Source of the DNA: a virus
Strand: one strand, 5' to 3'
Virus record (IMG/VR): IMGVR_UViG_3300047392_000164
Location: 7,199 to 71,198 of that record
Length of the DNA stretch: 64,000 nucleotides
Position numbers and translations under genes: made by a program. Positions 58,058 through 64,000 of the stretch are shown here, in pieces (position 1 is the first letter of the stretch; each line of letters opens with the position of its first letter). The notes under the pieces were generated by a model. It saw only the letters and a list, made by a program, of their open reading frames with translations, did no database searches and was not told the DNA's origin.

Positions 58058-58184
58058 GGAGATGTGATGTAATGGTAGCATAGCATAGCAAAAAGTCAAT
58101 TCTGTAAAGAATTGTTTCCGCATACCTATAGCTCTAACTCTGTAAAAGTTCTTGTCCGCGGTTCGAATCCCGGCATCTCCACCA
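58058..58184 (+). ncRNA. tRNA-Tyr(GUA)-like RNA with an inserted CAGCA-type module
   Basis: Cloverleaf with an insert of about 50 nt containing CAATTCT-GTAA-AGAATTG-TTTCCGCA. Confidence 0.7.
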
Positions 58185-58362
58185 AGTATACTAAGACAAT
58201 GTTTAGTAGTATGAGTAGACGGAAACCGACCCTTGCGAGACTGCGGGGGCTTCACGAAAGTGACGATGCGAAAGTAAGTCGGTCCAGTAGGGGTATGAAA
58301 AACATTGTTAGCGGTCCAGTTGCCAAAGGACAAAAGTTATAATTGACATAACGCCGTGTATT
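58185..58362 (+). ncRNA. Unclassified structured RNA
   Basis: Nested stems ACAATGTTT/AAACATTGT and ACCGAC/GTCGGT, GAAA tetraloops. Confidence 0.6.
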
Positions 58363-58376
58363 CCTTTAAGAATTTT

Positions 58377-58451
58377 GCGCTCGTAGTATAATGGAGAATA
58401 CTCTAGGCTACGAACTTAGTAATGGTGGTTCGATTCCATCCGGGCGCACCA
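58377..58451 (+). tRNA. tRNA-Arg(ACG)
   Basis: Loop CTACGAA. Confidence 0.9.
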
Positions 58452-58456
58452 ATCAT

Positions 58457-58531
58457 GCCGAATTAGCACAGCGGTAGTGCAATCGCCTTGTAAGCGATAG
58501 GTCGTCTGTTCGAACCAGACATTCGGCACCA
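58457..58531 (+). tRNA. tRNA-Thr(UGU)
   Basis: Loop CTTGTAA. Confidence 0.9.
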
Positions 58532-58534
58532 GAA

Positions 58535-58676
58535 TTAGTCGGAGTAATTAACCGAAAAGTAAGTAGTAGACCTCCATGGCACCGCGGATGGTCTTTGCAG
58601 ATAAGTCCTGCGTCAGGTGTCCGAAAGGGTAGCACTTGAGAAACACTGGGGTAAGAGTCCCAAGTTTGTGCCAGCA
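58535..58676 (+). ncRNA. Unclassified pseudoknotted RNA
   Basis: Loop TGGCAC is complementary to distal GTGCCA; four hairpins. Confidence 0.55.
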
Positions 58677-58682
58677 ATTTAC

Positions 58683-58757
58683 ATCGCATTCGACTTCAGG
58701 TGAGGTCATCACCCTTTCAAGGTGACTAGACGGGATCGTTACCCGTATGCGATACCA
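58683..58757 (+). tRNA. tRNA-Glu(UUC), second copy
   Basis: Loop CTTTCAA, T loop ATCGTTA. Confidence 0.85.
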
Positions 58758-58762
58758 TATAA

Positions 58763-58849
58763 GCCTAGGTGCAGGGAATTGGTAGACCGGCAACGTTGAG
58801 AACGTTGTGACTGAAATATGTGGGAGTTCGAATCTCCCTCTAGGCACCA
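58763..58849 (+). tRNA. tRNA-Leu(GAG)
   Basis: Loop TTGAGAA. Confidence 0.8.
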
Positions 58850-58855
58850 AAATTA

Positions 58856-58928
58856 CGCGGGTAGTGCGGAAACACTCCAGTCTCATAAGCTCGGAGCATC
58901 GGCAGTTCGAATCTGTCACCCGCATCCA
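58856..58928 (+). tRNA. Initiator-like tRNA-Met(CAU), atypical
   Basis: C1:A72 mismatch, loop CTCATAA, reduced D arm, bulged anticodon stem. Confidence 0.65.
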
Positions 58929-58932
58929 ATAT

Positions 58933-59007
58933 GCGTTAGTAGCTAAATGGCATAGCAGGAGCCTCTAAAACTCTGAGCAGTGGGTTCGATTCCCATCTAA
59001 CGCACCA
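58933..59007 (+). tRNA. Amber suppressor tRNA (CUA)
   Basis: Cloverleaf, loop CTCTAAA, ACCA. Confidence 0.85.
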
Positions 59008-59008
59008 T

Positions 59009-59083
59009 GGATGTATAGCACAGCGGTAGTGCATCTCCTTCATACGGAGCAGGTCAGTAGTTCGAATCTACTTACATCCACCA
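59009..59083 (+). tRNA. tRNA-Met(CAU), elongator
   Basis: Loop TTCATAC. Confidence 0.88.
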
Positions 59084-59095
59084 TATATAATTCAT

Positions 59096-59172
59096 CGGAG
59101 TATAGCACAGCCTGGTAGTGCGCTTGCTTTGGGAGCAAGAGGTCGCAGGTTCGATCCCTGCTACTCCGACCA
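59096..59172 (+). tRNA. tRNA-Pro(UGG), second copy
   Basis: Loop TTTGGGA. Confidence 0.9.
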
Positions 59173-59190
59173 TTTTTAACTAAGGACATT

Positions 59191-59457
59191 ATGATTGTTA
59201 CACCATTGAAAAAGAACGTGCTTGTTGCAGAAAACAAGCGTGAAAACACAACTGAAAGCGGTATCGTTATTCAAGGTGCAGAAGGTTTAGGCGAATCAAA
59301 GTCTGGAAAAGTCCTTGCAATTGGATCTGAAGTTACCGATGTTAAAGTTGGTGATACGATCTATTTGATGTGGAACAAAGCAAAGCTTGTTAAGATTGAT
59401 GGCGCACAGCGTGTGATCATTTCTCAAGACGACATCGTAGCAGTCTTAGAAGATTAA
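59191..59457 (+). CDS. GroES-like co-chaperonin
   Basis: PL...VLV, TESGIV, G.VLAIG, VKVGD. Confidence 0.88.
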   Translation: MIVTPLKKNVLVAENKRENTTESGIVIQGAEGLGESKSGKVLAIGSEVTDVKVGDTIYLMWNKAKLVKIDGAQRVIISQDDIVAVLED

Positions 59458-59463
59458 TTGTTT

Positions 59464-59537
59464 GCTCTTTTAGTATAATGGCATTACACTACATTGGTAA
59501 TGTAGAAACACTGGATCGTAACCAGTAAGGAGCACCA
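59464..59537 (+). tRNA. tRNA-Thr(GGU)
   Basis: Loop TTGGTAA. Confidence 0.85.
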
Positions 59538-59546
59538 GGAGTTCAT

Positions 59547-59726
59547 ATGAGTAAAATGAGTGATGGCGGCAAAGGTAGTGGTCGTAGACCCAACGATGTC
59601 GATGATAAAAAGATAGAAGACAATTGGAATAACATCTTTGGTATGTCTCCACTTGAACGTAAGAAACGTGAAGAAGCACTGCAAAAGCTTGCAGAAGCTA
59701 ATAAAGAATTAGGTTTAGAATACTAA
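59547..59726 (+). CDS. Small hypothetical protein (59 aa)
   Basis: GGAG SD; GGKGS.RRP...NW..IF; not in the track. Confidence 0.65.
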   Translation: MSKMSDGGKGSGRRPNDVDDKKIEDNWNNIFGMSPLERKKREEALQKLAEANKELGLEY

Positions 59727-59730
59727 TAAT

Positions 59731-59808
59731 GCGGACATAGCGCAATAGGTAGGAGGCAACAGACTTAAAATCTGTACAGTGCGGGTTCGAATCCCGCTGT
59801 CCGTACCA
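59731..59808 (+). tRNA. tRNA-Leu(UAA), short variable arm
   Basis: Loop CTTAAAA. Confidence 0.85.
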
Positions 59809-59813
59809 AATAT

Positions 59814-59887
59814 ATCTCGGTAGTGTAATGGCAGCATACCAGTCTCCAAAACTGTTGGTCGGGGTTCGAGTCCCTGCCGGGATGCCA
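59814..59887 (+). tRNA. tRNA-Trp(CCA)
   Basis: Loop CTCCAAA, G73. Confidence 0.9.
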
Positions 59888-59964
59888 AGTTGTGTTGCAA
59901 CTAATCAGGGGTGCTTGCGTTCTCGCCCTGTTAAAAACAAAAATATGACGCAGCCAAGTTTAAT

Positions 59965-60056
59965 GGAAAGTAATGCAGCGGGGTTGGTCCTGCGACCAGC
60001 CTTGAAAACTGGGTTCTCCTAACGGGGATGGGGTTCGACTCCTCTGCTTTCCGCCA
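59965..60056 (+). tRNA. tRNA-Ser(UGA), 8/4 fold
   Basis: 8-bp acceptor GGAAAGTA/TGCTTTCC, 4-bp T stem, loop CTTGAAA. Confidence 0.8.
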
Positions 60057-60059
60057 GAT

Positions 60060-60207
60060 TTTGAGATAGACGTAGAGATTGAGTCCCTTGTATTCTAGTG
60101 CCCTATTCTTGAGCATGACACACCAGTAGAATTGTACAAGGTTAGCATAAACTCTCTCATACGAGACAACCCAGCGAGTCCTTAAGAAAGATAGTTGGTC
60201 TCTCAAA
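60060..60207 (+). ncRNA. Unclassified structured RNA
   Basis: TTTGAGA/TCTCAAA closure, CCTTGTA/TACAAGG arm, TTCTTGAG complementary to CTTAAGAA. Confidence 0.55.
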
Positions 60208-60215
60208 CCCTATAT

Positions 60216-60303
60216 AGTGAGTTGGCAGAGTGGCTTAATGCACCACCTTGGAAAGGTGACGATCCGAAAGGGTCCGAGAGTTCGAATCTCTCACTCACTG
60301 CCA
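60216..60303 (+). tRNA. tRNA-Ser(GGA)
   Basis: Loop TTGGAAA, long variable arm. Confidence 0.9.
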
Positions 60304-60307
60304 TTAT

Positions 60308-60383
60308 GCGGGTATAGCTCAGTTGGTAGAGCACTTCCTTGCCAAGGAAGATGTCGAGAGTTCGAGTCTCTTTGCCCGCTCCA
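60308..60383 (+). tRNA. tRNA-Gly(GCC), second copy
   Basis: Loop TTGCCAA, U73. Confidence 0.9.
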
Positions 60384-60397
60384 TTTTAGGATACATT

Positions 60398-60544
60398 ATG
60401 AATGAATATGGAGTACCTTTACATGCATGCAACGGTCATCGTCATGATGAACATTATTGGGCGTGGATGAAGTGGGTTATAGAAAATTGTATATGTTTAG
60501 GCTCAGATGGCGAAAAAGTATTTTACAAAAAGCCTATACATTAA
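60398..60544 (+). CDS. Small hypothetical protein (48 aa)
   Basis: AGGA SD after the tRNA. Confidence 0.45.
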   Translation: MNEYGVPLHACNGHRHDEHYWAWMKWVIENCICLGSDGEKVFYKKPIH

Positions 60545-60569
60545 TTCGTCAATGTGGTATAATTAGTCT

Positions 60570-60845
60570 ATGATAAACGAAAAAGAACATGAAATCATGT
60601 CGATCACTCAAGAAGAGTGTGCAGAGGTCATTCAAGCTATAAGCAAGATTAACCGATTTGGTTTTGATGGTAGACATCCTGAAAAAACATACAACAATCG
60701 TGAACACCTTGAAGAGGAAGTTGGCGATGTATTAGCAATGATTGATTTGTTGCTAGAAAACGACATTGTGTCTTGGGCTAATGTGAACAAGGCACGTAGA
60801 AAGAAATTTGAGAAGCTCCAGCAATGGAGCACTGTAATGAATTAA
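60570..60845 (+). CDS. MazG-like pyrophosphatase
   Basis: EECAEVIQA.SK..RFG, LEEEVGDV; ATG 6 nt after TATAAT. Confidence 0.8.
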   Translation: MINEKEHEIMSITQEECAEVIQAISKINRFGFDGRHPEKTYNNREHLEEEVGDVLAMIDLLLENDIVSWANVNKARRKKFEKLQQWSTVMN

Positions 60846-60846
60846 T

Positions 60847-60920
60847 GCGGGATTGGTATAGGGGTTGTGCCCTAGTCTTCCAAACTAGAGAGACCAGTTC
60901 GAGCCTGGTATCCCGCTCCA
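60847..60920 (+). tRNA. tRNA-Gly(UCC)
   Basis: Loop CTTCCAA, U73. Confidence 0.9.
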
Positions 60921-60946
60921 TTTAACTTTAACTAGGAGAACGAAGT

Positions 60947-61078
60947 ATGAAATCGAAACCGATCGCTAAAGAACGTAACTGCTTCGTTCGTTTAGCGTTA
61001 TTCCGAAAAGCAGGGTCGCACCGTAAAAGCAATAAGGCTTTACGTAAAGCGGCAAACCAATCTAATCATTGGGCCTGA
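60947..61078 (+). CDS. Small basic protein (43 aa) whose stop codon lies inside tRNA-Lys
   Basis: AGGAG SD; MKSKPIAKERNCFVRLALFRKAGSHRKSNKALRKAANQSNHWA*; not in the track. Confidence 0.7.
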   Translation: MKSKPIAKERNCFVRLALFRKAGSHRKSNKALRKAANQSNHWA

Positions 61079-61144
61079 AACTTTAAGGTGAAGTAACTGG
61101 CTTTTAACCAGTAAAATTCGGATCGTTACCGAACGGGCCTACCA
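61071..61144 (+). tRNA. tRNA-Lys(UUU)
   Basis: Loop CTTTTAA, T loop ATCGTTA. Confidence 0.88.
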
Positions 61145-61254
61145 TATAAAAACATACTCCAGGTTGGGTTGAATTCGCGGTTCAACTATTTGGGTATCAT
61201 GGACTAGATAATTACTAGCACCGATACTAAGATACGTAGTGTGTTTCTATATGG
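61142..61254 (+). repeat. CCA-pairing long hairpin, copy 4
   Basis: CCATATAAAAACATACT / AGTGTGTTTCTATATGG. Confidence 0.75.
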
Positions 61255-61258
61255 TTAT

Positions 61259-61333
61259 GGTGGCTATGGTGTAATGGAAGCACCCAACTCTGTGAAAGTT
61301 GTAGCACGGGATCGTTACCCGTTAGTCACCCCA
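61259..61333 (+). tRNA. tRNA-His(GUG)
   Basis: G-1:C73, loop CTGTGAA. Confidence 0.9.
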
Positions 61334-61340
61334 ATATTAT

Positions 61341-61415
61341 GCCTCGTTAACTCAGTGGTAGAGTGCTTCCTTTACACGGAAGAGGTCGGCAGTTCGAAAC
61401 TGTCACGAGGTACCA
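61341..61415 (+). tRNA. tRNA-Val(UAC)
   Basis: Loop TTTACAC. Confidence 0.9.
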
Positions 61416-61519
61416 ACTTTAAAAGGAACTTCTATGAAAGCGCTTGCCTAGATTTTACACCCTCCGTAATTTCTTTATTGTCTTTATCATGCAATCAATT
61501 AATCAATAAGGAAATCTAT

Positions 61520-61888
61520 ATGTGTATCGAATTAAAAATCAAATCTAAACATCTCGCCCTTGAGCCTTCTATCATTCGTTCAGAAGAAGAAAAGCTTAAG
61601 AAACAAATGAAGTATCATCGTAGTGATGATAAAGAAAGTTCCTTTACATTGGAACGTAAGTTAAACAACTTAGTCAATCATCGTAAGTGGAATGTTCGTA
61701 ACGAAGCACGAGCAACACACCTTGCACGAGCATATATTGCTGGTAAAGCATATGCTTCTGTTGAGAAATCACGTAACGATGAAGGCTTATTTAGAAATTA
61801 CATTGTTATACGTATTGTAGCAATGGTACAACGATATGGAGATCGTAAGGTCACTAGCGATATGATTCGCGAGTGGGCTAAGGTCTAA
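61520..61888 (+). CDS. Conserved phage hypothetical protein
   Basis: AAGGA SD; HR...VR.EARATHLA.AY..GK.Y..VE. Confidence 0.75.
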   Translation: MCIELKIKSKHLALEPSIIRSEEEKLKKQMKYHRSDDKESSFTLERKLNNLVNHRKWNVRNEARATHLARAYIAGKAYASVEKSRNDEGLFRNYIVIRIVAMVQRYGDRKVTSDMIREWAKV

Positions 61889-61895
61889 GAAATAT

Positions 61896-61999
61896 AGGAT
61901 AGTTTCAGCAAACCCAACGCAACGCCAATGGATGGCAATTTGACTTCTAATCAAACCTTGTGGGTTCAATTCCCACTGCAAAACAACTATCCTGATGAA
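61896..61999 (+). ncRNA. CAGCA-module RNA enclosing an acceptor-less tRNA-Arg(UCU) body
   Basis: AGGATAGTT/AACTATCCT; D arm, TTTGA-CTTCTAA-TCAAA, T arm. Confidence 0.75.
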
Positions 62000-62002
62000 T
62001 AT

Positions 62003-62076
62003 GTCTCATTAGCTCAAAGGTAGAGCACTGCTTTGACATAGCAGATACGGCGGATCGTTACCGTCATGAGATACCA
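62003..62076 (+). tRNA. tRNA-Val(GAC)
   Basis: Loop TTGACAT. Confidence 0.88.
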
Positions 62077-62090
62077 ACTGAAAGCTTATT

Positions 62091-62726
62091 ATGTTAACAT
62101 GTATTCAAGTGCCGCAGTTCATGCATCCACCACAAAAGTTCATTGATAAAGCTCGACAGCTTACTAAAGAACTTGCTGATGGAACATGTGAACAAGAACC
62201 AATCAATTCTGGTCTCTTCAATAAAGGTTATACAGAACGTACTTACATTCGACATGGTGTAGAAACACCAACTCGTGTAGGTAGAATGTATTCTCTTGGA
62301 GATGACTTCATTCAATGGGTGAAGGATTACCTACATCCACATCCAGATGAAACTGGATTGAATGTTCTCAAGCCATTTGACTGTCCTATCATGGGGCCAC
62401 ATATTGACACAAAGCGTAAGTACGTACTGTTCTACCCAATTGCATTAGGTGGCGACAATGTACAAACAGTCTTCTATAAAGAACCCGGTCATACGATTGA
62501 TCGTTCACATTCACTTGGACCAAGTGGTGTAGGTTATTATGTAAGAGACTATAAAGATTTAGAAGCTATTGATCAGATCAACATGCAAATTGGCGTGTGG
62601 TATTTGATGAATCCTAAGGTTATCCATAGCGTAGAGAACGTACATGGTCCGCGATCCATGATTACTGTAAGCTTACCCGACATGGATCAATTTCCTTGGA
62701 AGAATAGGATTCCAGCTCAAGAATAA
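62091..62726 (+). CDS. Putative 2OG-Fe(II) oxygenase-fold protein
   Basis: PHID...IHSV...R. Confidence 0.6.
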   Translation: MLTCIQVPQFMHPPQKFIDKARQLTKELADGTCEQEPINSGLFNKGYTERTYIRHGVETPTRVGRMYSLGDDFIQWVKDYLHPHPDETGLNVLKPFDCPIMGPHIDTKRKYVLFYPIALGGDNVQTVFYKEPGHTIDRSHSLGPSGVGYYVRDYKDLEAIDQINMQIGVWYLMNPKVIHSVENVHGPRSMITVSLPDMDQFPWKNRIPAQE

Positions 62727-62727
62727 T

Positions 62728-62804
62728 GGGGATGTGACGCAATTGGTAGACGTGCTTGATTCAAAATCAAGATTCTGTGGGTTCGAGTCCCACCTTCCCC
62801 ACCA
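62728..62804 (+). tRNA. tRNA-Leu(CAA), short variable arm
   Basis: Loop TTCAAAA; body nearly identical to Leu(UAG) at 57515. Confidence 0.88.
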
Positions 62805-62809
62805 AAAAT

Positions 62810-62832
62810 AAAAGCACCTTCGGGTGCTTTTG
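62810..62832 (+). terminator. Intrinsic terminator ending the tRNA array
   Basis: AAAAGCACC-TTCG-GGTGCTTTT. Confidence 0.9.
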
Positions 62833-62845
62833 TCCGTTCTAGGTG

Positions 62846-62853
62846 TATAAATA
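62846..62853 (+). promoter_or_regulatory. T4-type late promoter
   Basis: TATAAATA after the terminator. Confidence 0.75.
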
Positions 62854-62913
62854 AAATTAGGTAATGCAACGTTACCTAATAAGATCAAATAATAAAAATA
62901 ACAAAGGAATCTT

Positions 62914-63162
62914 ATGAGAAAAACTACTAAGACGATTACGGAAATTACCCATGAACATGGCGTCATTTCCTTCGAACTTCCCGCGTACGAAGCTCTTCTA
63001 GACCTAGCGTCTACAGATGGGTGCCGTGACGAGCACAGAGACATCATTGTTGAAAGAACAAAGACTATCTCTGAGGAAATCGAAGGAGAGCCATTGAAAG
63101 AGGATCACTTACCGGCAATCGTAGCAGGCACTCCTGCAGCTACAGCTCTCGCTGCAGCTTAA
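62914..63162 (+). CDS. Hypothetical protein
   Basis: AGGA SD. Confidence 0.65.
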   Translation: MRKTTKTITEITHEHGVISFELPAYEALLDLASTDGCRDEHRDIIVERTKTISEEIEGEPLKEDHLPAIVAGTPAATALAAA

Positions 63163-63257
63163 GTTATAAATCCATAACAAAGAATTAGGGTAATCCCTAC
63201 GTTTGCTGTGACGCGCACAGTATTTCCATAAAACTATAAAAACAAAAGGAAAATAAA

Positions 63258-64000
63258 ATGGCAGAAATTCTACAACCTAGCGGTATGATGATGAGTGGTG
63301 GTGACGGTGGTCTTGGCTTTGGCTCGGGCGGTGGTTTAATTGGTGGTCTAATTCTTGGTACGCTCTTGCGTCAAAACGGTGGTGGTCTATTCGGTGGTGG
63401 TAACGGCGATGGTTCAGCAGTTACAGCTCAAGGTACAGCTAACATGTCTTTGATGCAAGCAATTGGTCAAGTTGATAAAGCAGTTGCCGTTGGTACTGCA
63501 GCAATGGAAGCTTCACAAGCTACACAAACAATTGGTATCACTGGTCAATTGAACAGCGTAACATCTTCACTTGCAAGTCGTGTTGATGGTGTTAAAGACG
63601 TTATGAATACAAATAACGTTGCTAACATGCAATCTCAAGCTATGCTTCTACAAAATGCAATGGCTAACACTGCAACGATTAACCAAAACATCATGGAAAA
63701 TCGTTATGAGTTATCTAAAGATATTGCAGCTGATGGTGAGAAGACTCGTGCTTTGATTACATCACAATATGAAATCAACCTACAACGTCAGTTGGCAGAT
63801 GCTAATGCAGCTATCATCGAACTACGTAGCCGTGAGTTCTCTGGTTCTGCAGCACGTGGTGTTGAAGTTACTACAACTAACAACATCAATCAAATGCAAC
63901 AGCAGCAACAGCAGCAACAGCAGTTTGGTCAATTGTCCAATTTGATTTGGTCTTTAGGTCAAAGCATTCGTTCTAACAACGAAGCAATCAACGTTGGTTC
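63258..64000 (+). CDS. Gly/Gln-rich hypothetical protein, runs off the window
   Basis: AGGA SD; open frame MAEILQPSG...GGLILGTLL...DGEKTRALI... Confidence 0.7.
   Translation, partial: MAEILQPSGMMMSGGDGGLGFGSGGGLIGGLILGTLLRQNGGGLFGGGNGDGSAVTAQGTANMSLMQAIGQVDKAVAVGTAAMEASQATQTIGITGQLNSVTSSLASRVDGVKDVMNTNNVANMQSQAMLLQNAMANTATINQNIMENRYELSKDIAADGEKTRALITSQYEINLQRQLADANAAIIELRSREFSGSAARGVEVTTTNNINQMQQQQQQQQQFGQLSNLIWSLGQSIRSNNEAINVG

Noticed and set aside
58185-58676. RNase P RNA or tmRNA
   Set aside because: There is no GAGGAAAGUCC/P4 signature, no tag ORF, and the RNAs are too short.
54533-60544. ORF-track frames on both strands across the tRNA array
   Set aside because: They overlap clear tRNAs or structured RNAs and lack SD sites and phage codon bias.
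61241-61519. N-terminal extension of the 215-aa track ORF
   Set aside because: It runs through tRNA-His and tRNA-Val; the SD-led ATG at 61520 is the better start.
54798-61999. Repeated modules as a CRISPR array or transposon ends
   Set aside because: They are dispersed, have variable tRNA-like interiors and covarying stems, and no cas or transposase gene is present.
61990-62000. CTGATGA as a hammerhead ribozyme core
   Set aside because: The other copies read CTGTTGT, and I find no matching GAAA/stem arrangement.

Overview
The window is 64 kb of a large T4-like (Tevenvirinae-like) phage genome, and every credible gene lies on the + strand. It holds: the replication/recombination core (g47, g46, g45, g44, g62, regA, g43, uvsX, g41, rnh, dsbA, g30); a glucosyl-hmC DNA-modification cluster (g42, cd, agt, a denA-like nuclease, and a C5-methyltransferase-like protein with a degenerate SAM motif); a late block of probable internal head proteins and a lysis cassette; nucleotide and NAD metabolism genes (thyX, nrdAB, nadM-Nudix, nadV); an RNA-repair trio; and an 8.5 kb array of about 38 tRNAs that covers all 20 amino acids plus an amber suppressor. 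The array appears to be a translation-defence locus. It is preceded by a 35-codon leader ORF whose first 29 codons are all different and which overlaps mutually exclusive antiterminator/terminator hairpins, a candidate attenuator that senses loss of almost any tRNA. It also contains six copies of an unnamed RNA module carrying permuted, partial or extended tRNA pieces, four long hairpins that pair with tRNA CCA ends, several structured ncRNAs, and a small basic ORF whose stop codon lies inside a tRNA. All calls are by eye from motifs and remembered family sequences; no searches or folding programs were run.
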